From a virus (taxonomy: Duplodnaviria; Caudoviricetes): 40,075 nucleotides of DNA. Position numbers and translations under genes: made by a program. Below, in pieces: positions 24,980 to 35,445 of the stretch; position 1 is the first letter of the stretch, and every line of letters begins with the position of its first letter. Below the pieces are notes generated by a model. The model did not search any database and was not told where the DNA came from. It worked only from the letters and a program-made list of their open reading frames with translations. The stretch spans positions 1 through 40,075 of IMG/VR virus record IMGVR_UViG_3300036833_000243; one strand, given 5' to 3'.

Positions 24980-25888
24980 GTGAACGAAATGGTAGACGAC
25001 GACGACCCCAAGACCGGGCCAGCCACCGCACCGCCTGCGGAAGCGCCAGCCGAGACCGAGGACGATGCAGCTACCGAGCCGCCGGAAGGCGAACAGCCGG
25101 AAGGCGGTGATGCAGAGACGCAGGCCTCGTCCGACGCAGAGGGCGAGGTTGACGAGCTCGACGACGACGAGGGCGACGAGGGCGAGGACGGCAAAAAGCC
25201 GTCGTCGCGCGCCGCCCGCTACCGACGCCAAGCCGAACGCCTGCGGGCCGAGAACCAGGCGCTACGCAACCGCGATAGCGGTGGCGTGCCGCCGATGTCT
25301 CCTGACGCTCACATCGCTCACGCGATCGAGCTGCGTGTTATTCAGGAGATCGGCCCTCCGCCCGACCCGAACGATCCCAAGTACAAGGACAACTACGTCC
25401 GGTTAGAGCGGGAATTGCAGGCGTGGGAGAACGACCGCCGCGCGGTCACGCGCGATGTGAGACGCGATCTCACGCAACGGGTCCAGCGCGAGCAGGACCA
25501 CGTTGCCGAGCTGGTCGCCGATCACAAGGAGCGCGTCGCCAAGCTGCGCACCAAGGTCAAGGATTTCGACACGACCATGGCGCGCGCAACGGTGCCGGTG
25601 GCGCCGCATGTCGAGCGACTGATCTTGGAGAGCCCGAGGTCGGATCGCATCATGTGGCACCTCGCCGTCGATCAAGCCAAGCTCGTCAAGCTCAACAACA
25701 GCTCTCCTGAAGCGGTCGCCCGCGCGCTCGGGCAGATCGAGGGCCGGCTGTCTCTGCCGCAAGCCAAGCAGCAAACCAAGGCTCGACCTCCGATCAAGCC
25801 GCTGCGCGGAAGCGGAACAAGCCCGCCGAGCGGGCTCGCAGCTGTCAACGCCTACATCAAAGGCAAGTACGGCGATCGCCACCGCTAG
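24980..25888 (+). CDS. Scaffolding protein
   Basis: Acidic N-terminus, coiled coil, LGQIEGRL...KA.PPIKP; sits just before the coat gene. Confidence 0.8.
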   Translation: MNEMVDDDDPKTGPATAPPAEAPAETEDDAATEPPEGEQPEGGDAETQASSDAEGEVDELDDDEGDEGEDGKKPSSRAARYRRQAERLRAENQALRNRDSGGVPPMSPDAHIAHAIELRVIQEIGPPPDPNDPKYKDNYVRLERELQAWENDRRAVTRDVRRDLTQRVQREQDHVAELVADHKERVAKLRTKVKDFDTTMARATVPVAPHVERLILESPRSDRIMWHLAVDQAKLVKLNNSSPEAVARALGQIEGRLSLPQAKQQTKARPPIKPLRGSGTSPPSGLAAVNAYIKGKYGDRHR

Positions 25889-25935
25889 CAGAGTGTCTCT
25901 GATCGGCCCGAGCCGCAGCCAAATGGAGCGGCCCG

Positions 25936-27234
25936 ATGCCGAACACGATCTTAAACCCGACCATCATCGCCCAAACGGCGGTGCGTATCCTCGAAAACGA
26001 ACTTGTCATGGGTAACCGCGTCTATCGCGGCTACGAGGAGGAGTTCGACAAGCGCGTCAACGGTTACGAGATTGGTGACACCGTCACCATCCGCAAGCCG
26101 CAGCAGTTCAGCGTCCGGCAGACGGCGGTTGCCGTTCAGCAAGACGTGCAGGAAGGCAAGCTCACGCTGCAGGTCAACAACCAGAAGGGTGTCGATTTCA
26201 AGTTCACCGGCGCCGAGCTGACGTTGAAGATCGAGCAGCTCGCCGATCGCGTGATCAGGCCGGCGATGGTGCGCCTCGCCAACCAGATCGACATCGACGT
26301 CATGGGCCTGTTCGTCAACGTGCCGAACTGGGTGGGACAGCCGGTGACCGGTGCCGACGCGCCGATCTCGAGCTTCACCCAGTTTGCCCAAGGCACCAAG
26401 CGGCTCGACCAGATGTCGTGCCCGCAGGACGATCGCAGCGCCATCCTCGCGCCCGAGAGCTACTGGGCGATGGCCGGGTCGCAGACCGCCTTGTTCCTGC
26501 AGTCGGTCGGCACGCCGGCCTACCGCCAGGGCGAGATCGGCGAGATCGGCGGCGTTGCGACCTACATGTCGCAGAACGTGCCGACCTTGCTCGACACGCA
26601 GGGCAACTTCGATGCTCCCGCCACCGTCACCGGTGCGCAGTCGACCACTTGGGCGTCGGTGATGAACACCGAGGCCACCCCCGGCGTCATGCCGCTCGTC
26701 ACCGGCGCCTGGACCGGCACAACGGTCAAGGCCGGCACGGTGTTCACCATCGGCTCCGGTGCGACGGCGGTGCATGCCGTCAACCAGGTCACCAAGGCGG
26801 TGCTGCCGTTCCAGCAGATGTTCACGGTGGTGGCTGACGCCACCGTGTCGGCCGGTGCGGCGACGCTGTCGATCACGCCGCCGATCATCCCGACCTCGGT
26901 CGATGCCGCCTTCGGCACCGTCGACATCGCGGCGGCAGCCGGTGCCGCGCTCAACGTCGTCGGCGCCGCCAGCGCCGGTTATCGGCAGAACATGATCTTC
27001 CACCGCGACGCCTTCGCGCTGGTGGTGGTGCCGATGATCAAGCCGCCGGGTGCGATCGACGTCGCACGCGAGAGCTACAAGGGCATCTCGGCGCGCATCG
27101 TGCCGTACTACGACGGCGTCAACGACATCTCGCAGTACCGCCTCGACGTGCTCTACGGCGTCAAGGCCGTCGACAGCCGGCTCGCGGTGCGCGTCACCGG
27201 CGGCACCGGCACCACCGGCGATCCGTCGCTGTAA
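25936..27234 (+). CDS. Major capsid protein (P22 coat family)
   Basis: MPNTILNP.II....LENELV...V.R.Y..EF...GDTVTIRKP; FHRDAFAL; RLDVLYG. Confidence 0.95.
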   Translation: MPNTILNPTIIAQTAVRILENELVMGNRVYRGYEEEFDKRVNGYEIGDTVTIRKPQQFSVRQTAVAVQQDVQEGKLTLQVNNQKGVDFKFTGAELTLKIEQLADRVIRPAMVRLANQIDIDVMGLFVNVPNWVGQPVTGADAPISSFTQFAQGTKRLDQMSCPQDDRSAILAPESYWAMAGSQTALFLQSVGTPAYRQGEIGEIGGVATYMSQNVPTLLDTQGNFDAPATVTGAQSTTWASVMNTEATPGVMPLVTGAWTGTTVKAGTVFTIGSGATAVHAVNQVTKAVLPFQQMFTVVADATVSAGAATLSITPPIIPTSVDAAFGTVDIAAAAGAALNVVGAASAGYRQNMIFHRDAFALVVVPMIKPPGAIDVARESYKGISARIVPYYDGVNDISQYRLDVLYGVKAVDSRLAVRVTGGTGTTGDPSL

Positions 27235-27274
27235 GCCGAGCGCTCAACCCCCACACAAGGAAGGAGCCACTTCC

Positions 27275-27673
27275 ATGGCGAAAAAGCCACAAGAGAAAAA
27301 GCGCAAGGCGGCGACGCTGGCGCCCAAGCACGAGGCGGTGCTCGGCACGGTCGCGGTGACCGTGCAGGCCGCTATCCATGTCGTGGACCCTGCGCCGTTC
27401 AGCGAACTGGTGATCGAGCTGGCGACGCTCGGACTGACCGAGGAGCCCGACAAGGTGGTCGAGACCTCGGCCAACGGCCGCCTGCTCGATCCCAAGCGCC
27501 CGATCGAAACCTCCTCGGAGGGCGTGCATCTATTCTTCGATCCGCCACTCGGCGGCGCCGGCCTCTACGGCTTCCAGCTCGTCTGCAGCTACAACGACGC
27601 AGCCGAGACCCGCGTGGCCAAACCCAAGGAGGAAAAAGAAGAGTACTCGCCCCATCGCACCTTCGGAGACTGA
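27275..27673 (+). CDS. Hypothetical protein after the coat gene
   Basis: RBS aaggag, ATG 27275. Confidence 0.7.
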   Translation: MAKKPQEKKRKAATLAPKHEAVLGTVAVTVQAAIHVVDPAPFSELVIELATLGLTEEPDKVVETSANGRLLDPKRPIETSSEGVHLFFDPPLGGAGLYGFQLVCSYNDAAETRVAKPKEEKEEYSPHRTFGD

Positions 27674-27675
27674 CT

Positions 27676-28095
27676 ATGCGAACACGTCGCGACTTGATCG
27701 ACATCATACTCGACAAGCTGGGCGTGCTCGTGCCCGGACAGGCGGCGGGTGATGAGCCGGTCAGCAAGGTCGACAACATCATCGACCCGAGTGCCGCCTC
27801 GTTGGCGGCGCTCGGCATCATCTACGTCGATGATGCCGGCACGCCCAACCCCGCCGCCGGCGGCGAGATCGACGACGGCGCCTTCCTTTTCCTCGGCGAC
27901 TGGATGGCGTGGCAGGTCGCCGGCCAGTTCAACTTGGCCGACAGCCCGAGCCTCAAGGCGCTGGCGATCGAGGCCGAGGAAAAGCTGCGCATCATCGGGC
28001 GGCCGGCGCGCACGCGCCAGACGCTGCGCACCGATCTGCAGCTCACCAACACCCGCATCCGCACCCCGATCGGCAACTACACGCGGGGCACCTGA
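27676..28095 (+). CDS. Head-tail adaptor (P22 gp4-like)
   Basis: T..DLI...L.KLGV...GQ N-terminus; position. Confidence 0.7.
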   Translation: MRTRRDLIDIILDKLGVLVPGQAAGDEPVSKVDNIIDPSAASLAALGIIYVDDAGTPNPAAGGEIDDGAFLFLGDWMAWQVAGQFNLADSPSLKALAIEAEEKLRIIGRPARTRQTLRTDLQLTNTRIRTPIGNYTRGT

Positions 28096-29834
28096 TGCCG
28101 GTCCAACTGCCTGCGACGCCGGGATCGCCGAAAGTACCGGTCCCGGTGCCGTTCCCCGACACCACGATGCCGGGGATAAAGTTTGCGGAAAGCAGCGGCC
28201 GCATCATCAACGGCTACGTCGAGCCACTCGGCGCCGGCGCGCCGGCACAGCTCGTGCATCGGCGCGCACCAGGCTTGAGAAACTTCGGCACCACGGTGCA
28301 GGCGGGCTTTCGTGGCGGCGTCGACTTTGCCGGCACCATCTACGCCGCCTTCGCCAATCGGCTGGTGTTTTTCAGTGAGGCCGGCGGCGCCGCCAACGAC
28401 ATCGGCATACTCGCGGGCACGCACAAGGGGTTCTTCGCTCGCAACAACAAGACGCCGACGCCCGATCTCCTATTCTGCGATCCCGACGGCAACTACGCGA
28501 GCTTCACCACCTCCAGCATCACGCCGAACTTCTCGACTGCGACGATGCCGGCGCCGAACAGCGTGTGCGCGATCGATGGCTTCTTCGTGTTTACCATCGG
28601 CGATGGTCGCTTCTTCGCCAGCGATGTCAACTCGACCAACATCCAGGCGCTGTCGTTTGGCACCGCCGAGGCCAAAGCCGACGCGCTGATCCGGAGCGTC
28701 ACCTGGTCGGGCAACCTATTCCTGTTTGGCGCGGCCACCACCGAGGTGTGGAACAATGCCGGCACCACGCCGTTCCCATTCGCGCGCCAGCTCGTCATTC
28801 CACGCGGTATCGCCGGCGCCTACTGCGTCGCCGGTTTTGAGGACAACTTCTCGCGCGCACTGGTGTGGGTCGCCGACGACAACACCGTCGTGCAGCTCAA
28901 CGGCTACGTCCCGCAGAAGATCAGCCCGCCCGACCTCGACGGCCTGATCGAGCAGGTCGCCGACAAGAGCACGCTGGAAATGAACGTGTTCGTCGCGCGC
29001 GGCCACGCCTTCCTCATGCTCTCGTCGCCGACGTGGTCGTGGGTTTACGACCTCAATCTCGGCAAGTGGGCGGAGCGCATGAGCTACCTCTCCACCCGCT
29101 CGCGCATCACCGGCGGTTTCTATGCCGGCACCAAGTGGCTGTGTGGCGACACCGGCGGCGGCAATATCCAAGAGATCAGCGACGCGGTGCAGACCGAGGT
29201 CGACCCCGCCAGCATCACCAGAACCAAGCCATTTCGCTGGCGGCTCGAAAGCGGCGCCGTGGAAAATTTTCCAGTCGGCTCGCGCGTTGGTCGCTTCGAT
29301 GCGCAGTTTGTCACCGGCGTCGGCATCGCGACGGCGGCACATTCGCAAGCCATAGTCAGCGTGGCGTCGGCGCCGTCGCCGTCGACCGCGATCCGCGTCA
29401 CCATCAGCGACACCGCCGGCATGATTAACGGCAACGCCGTCAACATCGCCGGTGTTGTCGGCACCACCGAGGCCAACGGCACCTGGCCGATCAACGTCGT
29501 CGACAGCACTCACATCGATCTCGTCGGAACGATCTTCGCCCACGCCTATCTCTCCGGTGGTGTTGCGACCTATCTGGCGGCGATCGACCCGATCGAGACC
29601 GACCCCGTCGTCGAAATTTCCTGGTCGGATGACGGCGGCCAAACCTACTACGCACCGCTGTTGCGCAAGCTCGGGCGACAGTCGCTGACGCGCCAGCTCG
29701 TCTCGTTGATCGCCTGCACCGGACGCTCGACCTGGGTCGCGCGCCGCTGGCGTATCGACGTCACCGATCCCGTGCATGTCGGCTTCATGGGTGCGTGGCA
29801 AAACATCGGCTCTCGAGCATCGGACGTAGCCTGA
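28095..29834 (+). CDS. Packaged-DNA stabilisation/tail hub protein (P22 gp10-like)
   Basis: PGL, IDGFFVF, TAE..AD, TTEVW.N.G..FPF, GHAF.ML, WVYD, ISWSDDGG.T motifs. Confidence 0.88.
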   Translation: MPVQLPATPGSPKVPVPVPFPDTTMPGIKFAESSGRIINGYVEPLGAGAPAQLVHRRAPGLRNFGTTVQAGFRGGVDFAGTIYAAFANRLVFFSEAGGAANDIGILAGTHKGFFARNNKTPTPDLLFCDPDGNYASFTTSSITPNFSTATMPAPNSVCAIDGFFVFTIGDGRFFASDVNSTNIQALSFGTAEAKADALIRSVTWSGNLFLFGAATTEVWNNAGTTPFPFARQLVIPRGIAGAYCVAGFEDNFSRALVWVADDNTVVQLNGYVPQKISPPDLDGLIEQVADKSTLEMNVFVARGHAFLMLSSPTWSWVYDLNLGKWAERMSYLSTRSRITGGFYAGTKWLCGDTGGGNIQEISDAVQTEVDPASITRTKPFRWRLESGAVENFPVGSRVGRFDAQFVTGVGIATAAHSQAIVSVASAPSPSTAIRVTISDTAGMINGNAVNIAGVVGTTEANGTWPINVVDSTHIDLVGTIFAHAYLSGGVATYLAAIDPIETDPVVEISWSDDGGQTYYAPLLRKLGRQSLTRQLVSLIACTGRSTWVARRWRIDVTDPVHVGFMGAWQNIGSRASDVA

Positions 29835-29836
29835 CA

Positions 29837-30055
29837 ATGCCCGCCAAGCGCATGCCTACGCCCGATCATCCGCTGGTCGAACACGATCGCGATGGGCGTA
29901 TGCTGATGCAGTACCAGTGGTACGACTTTTTCGCCCAGGTCGGACAACCAGCAACCCTGATCGATGCGCTCAATGACGCTGCGGCCAAAGCCGCCGGCGT
30001 GCCGCTCTATGGGCTCTATCGCACGGGCTCGACCGTCAAGGTGCGGATGACATGA
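29837..30055 (+). CDS. Small tail protein (gp26 position)
   Basis: PLV...G....QWY.FF N-terminus; NDAAA.AAGVPL.GLYRTG C-terminus. Confidence 0.65.
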   Translation: MPAKRMPTPDHPLVEHDRDGRMLMQYQWYDFFAQVGQPATLIDALNDAAAKAAGVPLYGLYRTGSTVKVRMT

Positions 30056-30065
30056 GGAGTGCGCC

Positions 30066-31082
30066 ATGGCGCTGAACCTTTTCGGCTCGGGCGCGGCAAG
30101 TGACGCCGCCGGCGCCAACCAGCAAGCCGCGCTGCAGGCGCTGCTGGCTGGCCAGTATCAATCCGGTCAATATCAAGCGGGAGCGATCCCGGCGATCCAG
30201 GCCGGCCAAGCCGGCGCGCTCGGCGCGCTCGGCGGCGCGCAGACCGGCGGCGTCAGCGCGCTCACCGGCGGTCAGGCCGGCGCGCTCGGTGCGCTCGGCA
30301 CCGGCTTGAGCGGACAACTTGACGCCTACAACGCCGCGCTGGCGCGCGCGATACCGGCGGCGGCAGGCATCGGTGCCGCCTACGCGCCCGTCTCCAATCT
30401 TGCCGGCAGCTATGGTGCGCCGGTCAATCTCGCGCTTGGCGCGCTCGGCGCACAAGGACCAGATGCCCAAGCGGCGGCGCGCTCGGCGTTCACCGCGAGC
30501 CCCGGTTACCAGTTCCAAGTCAATGAGGCGACGCGCGCGGCAGAGAATGCTGCAGCCGCGACCGGCACGCTCGGCAGCGGCAACACGCTCGACGCCATCC
30601 GCTCCCGCGCGCAAGGCTTCGCGTCGCAGGACTACAATAGCTGGCTCAACAATCTGCTCGGCTTCACCAATCCGCAGCTGCAAGCCACCACCACCGCCGC
30701 CGGCGGGCAGGCCCAAGGCGCCAGCGCGCTCACCAATCTGCTGCAGAACTGGGGCACGCAGACCGGCGGCGCCTACGGCGCTTATGGGCCGGCGGCCGCC
30801 GGCGTCTACAGCGGCACCGGCAGCCAGGTCGCCAATCTGCTCTCCACGCTCGGGCAGGGCCAAGCCGGCGTCTACACCGGCGGCGCCAGCGACATCTCCA
30901 ACGTGCTCGGCAACGTGCTCGGCGCCAACACGCAAGGCATCCAGAACTACACCTCCGCCGACATCGCGGCCAACAACTTGAAGGCGCAAGCCGCCTCCAC
31001 CGATGCCGCCAACTTCTGGAACCTGATCGGCAACCTCGGCGGCGCCGCCGTCAAGGGCGCGTTCCCAGCAAAACCGGCTTAA
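30066..31082 (+). CDS. DNA ejection protein (gp7-like)
   Basis: Gly/Ala/Gln-rich; SPGYQF...AAA.G.LGSGNTL.....AQG.ASQDY motif. Confidence 0.75.
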   Translation: MALNLFGSGAASDAAGANQQAALQALLAGQYQSGQYQAGAIPAIQAGQAGALGALGGAQTGGVSALTGGQAGALGALGTGLSGQLDAYNAALARAIPAAAGIGAAYAPVSNLAGSYGAPVNLALGALGAQGPDAQAAARSAFTASPGYQFQVNEATRAAENAAAATGTLGSGNTLDAIRSRAQGFASQDYNSWLNNLLGFTNPQLQATTTAAGGQAQGASALTNLLQNWGTQTGGAYGAYGPAAAGVYSGTGSQVANLLSTLGQGQAGVYTGGASDISNVLGNVLGANTQGIQNYTSADIAANNLKAQAASTDAANFWNLIGNLGGAAVKGAFPAKPA

Positions 31083-31085
31083 GCC

Positions 31086-32390
31086 ATGCCCATCAATCCC
31101 ATCGCCTTCCGCAACATCGACCTGCCGCCCAACCCGATCTTCACGCCGATCAACTTCGCGCCGCTCGGTGAAATCGGCACCACCATTGGCCGCTACCGCG
31201 ATCAGCAGGAGATCGGCCGCCTGCTCCAGGGCGCGATCGATCCCAAGACCGGACAACTCGATTTCAACCGGGCGGCAACCGCGCTCGCCACCAGCGGCCG
31301 CGATCCCGGCGAGTATCTGCGCGCGCTCACGGCGCAAGGCACGCTCGGCATCCATGCCATGACGGCGCGCTCAACCATGGAGCACCAGCGCGAGATGGAG
31401 CGCATTGCGCGCGAGACCATGGAGCAGGGCAAGGTGACGCGCGGCGTCGTCACCGAGGAAGGCCCGCAGGGCGACGTGCATCGCGCCTACGAGCTCGGGC
31501 CGAAGGGTTTTCGCTGGCTCGAGGCACCGGCGACACCGGCAACATCAGCTCCAGCAGCAACAGCGCCGGGACCGCAGTCCGCAGCCGAGCCCGAGGAAGC
31601 GCCGCCGTATCAGGTGGCTGGCCCGCCGACGGCTGCGCCCACAGCATCCCCAGCAGCAGCTCCTGCCCCGGCAGTCCCGACAGCTCCGCCCGCGTCGACC
31701 GGGCCCGACGTCGCCGTCACCCCGAGCTTCAAGGCGCAGCGCCAGGAGCTGGGCAAAAAAACCGCCGAAATACAGGCCGAGCAGGTCAAGGACGCCAAGG
31801 CCGCCGCTGATCTCCAGCCACTGCTCGATGACGTCGTGAACTCATGGGAAAAGCTCTCGCGCTTTCGTCGCGAAGGCGTGAATACGGCGCTTGGGCCCGT
31901 CGTCGGCTCTGATATCGGTCGCGCCCCGACAAAGCTATTCGGTGGCAGCGAAGAAGAGCGACTGCGGCATACTTATGAGCAAGCGCTCAACACATTGAAG
32001 GCGCAAGCCACGGCCGCCTTCAACAAGGGCCAAGGTGCGGTCTCCAACTACGAGCGGCAGCTCTACGCCGCGATCTTTCCCGGCTTCACGACGACCAACC
32101 CCGAGTACGATCTCGCCTATCTCAGGCAGATGCAGGACAAGTCTCGGCAAACCGCAAAGCTCGGGCGCGAGACTGAGATCGGCAAACAGGTACCGAGCTA
32201 TCTCACCGAGCGGCCAAAGATCGAGCGTCCCGAGAGCGCGCCAAGGGCGGTTGCCAGTGAGACCGAAGCAAACCGGCTCATCGGTCAGGCGCGTGCAGCG
32301 CTGCAGCGTGATCCGACCGCGCGCGACAAGATCATCGGCATGATGCGCGAGCGCGGCATTCGCAACCCCGAGTTATTTTTGGGTCAATAG
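31086..32390 (+). CDS. DNA ejection protein (gp20 position)
   Basis: Position; GQGAVSNYER...FP motif. Confidence 0.6.
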   Translation: MPINPIAFRNIDLPPNPIFTPINFAPLGEIGTTIGRYRDQQEIGRLLQGAIDPKTGQLDFNRAATALATSGRDPGEYLRALTAQGTLGIHAMTARSTMEHQREMERIARETMEQGKVTRGVVTEEGPQGDVHRAYELGPKGFRWLEAPATPATSAPAATAPGPQSAAEPEEAPPYQVAGPPTAAPTASPAAAPAPAVPTAPPASTGPDVAVTPSFKAQRQELGKKTAEIQAEQVKDAKAAADLQPLLDDVVNSWEKLSRFRREGVNTALGPVVGSDIGRAPTKLFGGSEEERLRHTYEQALNTLKAQATAAFNKGQGAVSNYERQLYAAIFPGFTTTNPEYDLAYLRQMQDKSRQTAKLGRETEIGKQVPSYLTERPKIERPESAPRAVASETEANRLIGQARAALQRDPTARDKIIGMMRERGIRNPELFLGQ

Positions 32391-33908
32391 ATGGCGGCAG
32401 ACGACGACGACCCCTTTGCCGACATTGGCAGGGGCGCAGCGACAGTCGACCCGTTTGCCGAGATCGGCGTGCGAAGCCCGCAGCAGAAGATCGCGCTCGA
32501 CATCGCCAAGCAGCTCGGCGCTGGTCTCGTCAGCGGTACCGAAGCGATCCCCGCGTTTCCGGCGCAGGTCGCCGGCTTCGTCGGACGCTATCTGCCGCGC
32601 GGCGATGAGGAGCGTGCGCGCGAGCAGGAAACACTGCGTGCGCTGATCGAAAGACAGCGCGGCGGCGGCATTGCACAGTATCTGCCGGAACCCGAGACGA
32701 CACTGGGCAAGTATGCGCGCTCGGCGACGGAGTTCGTGCCGTCGATGGTCGCCGGCGGTCGAGGTCTTGTGCGACCAGCACTCGCCGGTGCTAGCGCCGG
32801 CCTCACGAGCGAGGCGGCAGGACAGGCGACAGAAGGCACAGCGGCAGAAATACCGGCACGCCTCGCGGGCGGCCTTGTCGGCGGCGCTGCTGCGCTGCGC
32901 GCGGGCGAGGCTGCAGCAGCGCGAGCTGCCGTGCCGACGCGCGCAGCGACCGAAGCAGCTGGCGGTCAGCTCTACGATCAGTTTCGCAATTCCGGTTTTT
33001 CGCTGCACCCAGATGCAGCGCGAGTAGGTTACGCGACGCCGCTCAAGCAAGAGCTGATAGGTCGCGGCCTGACGCCACGCACGACGCCTGATACCTGGGG
33101 CGTGATCACCGACATCGAGCGCGATCCTTACACCAGCCCGACGCAGTTTCAGGAGCGCTACAAGGAACTCGGCGCAGTCGCGCAAAAAGCAACCGACAGC
33201 CAGGAGCGGCTGGCGGCGAACATCGCGCAAGAGCGACTGCTCAACGCCCTCGAAAACCCGCATCCAGCTCACGTCCTCGGCGGCGACCCTCTCACCGGCG
33301 CAGCGCTGTTGCAGGAGGCCAATGCAAATTGGGCGTCCGCCAAGCGCGCCGAGAACGTCGAGCGCGCCACTGTCAAGGCCGAGCAGAGAGCTGGCGGCGC
33401 GTATTCTGGCCTCAACTTAGAGAACCAGTTGCGCCAGCGCATCGGCGCGCTTGCCGAACCAGGAGCGCGCACGGCGCGTGCTTATTCGCCATCGGAGCGG
33501 GCCGCGATCAGGGCGTTTCAAACCGGCGGCCCGATCGAGAACACGCTGCGCTATCTCGGCAACTTGGGTGGCGGCGGCGGCGGTCTCGGCGGCTTGGCGG
33601 CTTTCGGAGTTGGCGGCGCGGCAGCTGGCGGGCTCGCCAGCGGCGGTGACCCTTATCAGACCGGTGGCGCGGGCGCGCTGGCTGCACTGCTCGGCGGCCG
33701 CACAATGCGCGCACTCAGCAATCGCATGGCACTCGCTCGCGCCCGCGAGCTGGAGCAGATGCTGCTGTCGCGCTCGCCGCTCGCCGCTCAGACAAACATT
33801 CCGCGACCGTCGCCGGCATTGCCATTGGCGACGCTGGTGCCACAGGCAAGCACGCTCGCGACCCTCGGGCAAACGCCAGAGGGCTACCCTTACTATCAGG
33901 CGCGATAG
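32391..33908 (+). CDS. DNA ejection protein (gp16 position)
   Basis: DPFAD N-terminal repeats; Gly-rich membrane-active helices; position. Confidence 0.6.
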   Translation: MAADDDDPFADIGRGAATVDPFAEIGVRSPQQKIALDIAKQLGAGLVSGTEAIPAFPAQVAGFVGRYLPRGDEERAREQETLRALIERQRGGGIAQYLPEPETTLGKYARSATEFVPSMVAGGRGLVRPALAGASAGLTSEAAGQATEGTAAEIPARLAGGLVGGAAALRAGEAAAARAAVPTRAATEAAGGQLYDQFRNSGFSLHPDAARVGYATPLKQELIGRGLTPRTTPDTWGVITDIERDPYTSPTQFQERYKELGAVAQKATDSQERLAANIAQERLLNALENPHPAHVLGGDPLTGAALLQEANANWASAKRAENVERATVKAEQRAGGAYSGLNLENQLRQRIGALAEPGARTARAYSPSERAAIRAFQTGGPIENTLRYLGNLGGGGGGLGGLAAFGVGGAAAGGLASGGDPYQTGGAGALAALLGGRTMRALSNRMALARARELEQMLLSRSPLAAQTNIPRPSPALPLATLVPQASTLATLGQTPEGYPYYQAR

Positions 33909-35057
33909 ATGGCCGGCACAATCAACCTTGCGCTCACCCAACAGTTCGACATCAACGGCAACCCGCTCACTGGCGGGTTGCTTTATTTTTACGCCGCCTC
34001 GACCACGACGCCGCAGAACGCCTTCCAAGACATCGCGCTCACCATCCCGTGGCCGAACCCGCTCGTGCTCGACAGCTCGGGCCGGGTGCCGATGTTCTAT
34101 CTCGCCGACGGCAACATCAAGATCAGGCTGACCGACAAGGGCGGCGTCGTCCAGCTCGCCGCCGACAACCTGCTCGTCATCGGCCCATCGGCCGGCGGCG
34201 GTGGTGGCGGTGGTGGTGTCGATCCCACCACTATCCTGGCGACCGGCGACATCAAGACGCGCTTCGGCACCGGGCCGCTGACCGGCTTCGTGCGCTGCAA
34301 CAGCTTGACCATCGGCAACGCGGTGTCGGGCGCGACCGAGCGCGCCAACGCCGACTGTCAGGCGCTATTCCAGTATCTGTGGTCGACCAACGTGCTCGGC
34401 GTGTTCTCGGGCGTGACCCCAAGTCGTGGCGCCAGCGCGCTCGCTGATTGGAACGCCAACAAGAACATCGCGCTGCCCGACCTGCGCGGCCGCACCATCG
34501 CCGGTATGGACGACATGGGCGCGACCGTCGCCGGCCGCCTGACCGCGACCGGCTTTGGCTCCTCCGGCATCGTGCTCGGCAATGCCGGCGGCGTCGAGGC
34601 GCGCGGGATCGCGCAAGTCAATTTGCCGAGCATCGCCTTCCCGGTCACCGGCTCGTTTTCGGGCTCGGGCACTGGCTCGGGCACTGGCTCGGGATCAGGC
34701 TCGGGATCAGGCAGCACCGATGCGCGGTTGACTGGCGTTTCTATCCAAGGCGCATTCACCGGCATCAGCGCCTCGACCAACGCGAACGTATTCTCGGGCG
34801 GCGGTATTGTCGCTGCCACCGGCGGCATCGGCTACGGCACCGCCATCGTCAATATCAGCGACCCCTCGCATGCTCACGGCGTCAGTGATCCGTCGCATGC
34901 CCACGCTGTCAGCACGAGCGTATCGGTGAGCGTGTCCACGAGTGTATCCGTCAGCGTCGGCGGTTCGATCAGCGGCAGCGCGTCGAGCGGCGGCAGCAAT
35001 CAAGTGTTCATCACGGTGACGCCGTCGATGATCATGACCGTCTACATCAAATTGTAG
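33909..35057 (+). CDS. Tail fibre with virion-attachment N-terminus, collar domain and HxH needle
   Basis: QFD.NG.PL.GG.LYFY...TTTP..PNP..LDS.GR; LPDLRGR; long SG/SV strands; DPSHAH twice. Confidence 0.8.
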   Translation: MAGTINLALTQQFDINGNPLTGGLLYFYAASTTTPQNAFQDIALTIPWPNPLVLDSSGRVPMFYLADGNIKIRLTDKGGVVQLAADNLLVIGPSAGGGGGGGGVDPTTILATGDIKTRFGTGPLTGFVRCNSLTIGNAVSGATERANADCQALFQYLWSTNVLGVFSGVTPSRGASALADWNANKNIALPDLRGRTIAGMDDMGATVAGRLTATGFGSSGIVLGNAGGVEARGIAQVNLPSIAFPVTGSFSGSGTGSGTGSGSGSGSGSTDARLTGVSIQGAFTGISASTNANVFSGGGIVAATGGIGYGTAIVNISDPSHAHGVSDPSHAHAVSTSVSVSVSTSVSVSVGGSISGSASSGGSNQVFITVTPSMIMTVYIKL

Positions 35058-35079
35058 ATGATGTAACCAGGACTAGCGC

Positions 35080-35445
35080 ATGTCGTTCTACACCGGTCAT
35101 CTCGACGCGGCGTCGAACCGCGCCGACCTGCGCTTTCAGGTCGAGCTGTTCGATCCCCAGACCAATGACTTTGTCGATTTTACCGGCTCGACCATCAACG
35201 TCGCGCTGCAGCCGCAGCAGCAGCAGACGCTGCCGACACCGACGCTCACCGGTACCAACCTCGACGGCCACGTCACCATCATCGGGCTCGGCGTGTTCGA
35301 GGTGCATTTCACGCGCGCCGAGATGACCCAGTTTCAGGCCGGCACCATCAACGTCGGCATCACGTTCCTCTACGCGCTCGACGGCAACACCTATCAGCTG
35401 TTTTCCGGTCAGCTCCCAGTCCTCGATGGAGTTGTGAACCTATGA
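35080..35445 (+). CDS. Small beta-sandwich fibre adaptor (BppU-N-like)
   Basis: VDFTGSTI, G.VTI..G.FEV.FT.AEM pattern; position. Confidence 0.55.
   Translation: MSFYTGHLDAASNRADLRFQVELFDPQTNDFVDFTGSTINVALQPQQQQTLPTPTLTGTNLDGHVTIIGLGVFEVHFTRAEMTQFQAGTINVGITFLYALDGNTYQLFSGQLPVLDGVVNL

Noticed and set aside
20942-31355. Long antisense ORFs opposite portal, coat, gp10 and ejection genes
   Set aside because: Shadow frames expected from high-GC codon bias; no motifs.
34659-34990. ggctcggg tandem repeats and SV-rich runs as a DNA repeat element
   Set aside because: Explained by the Ser/Gly and Ser/Val strands of the fibre protein.
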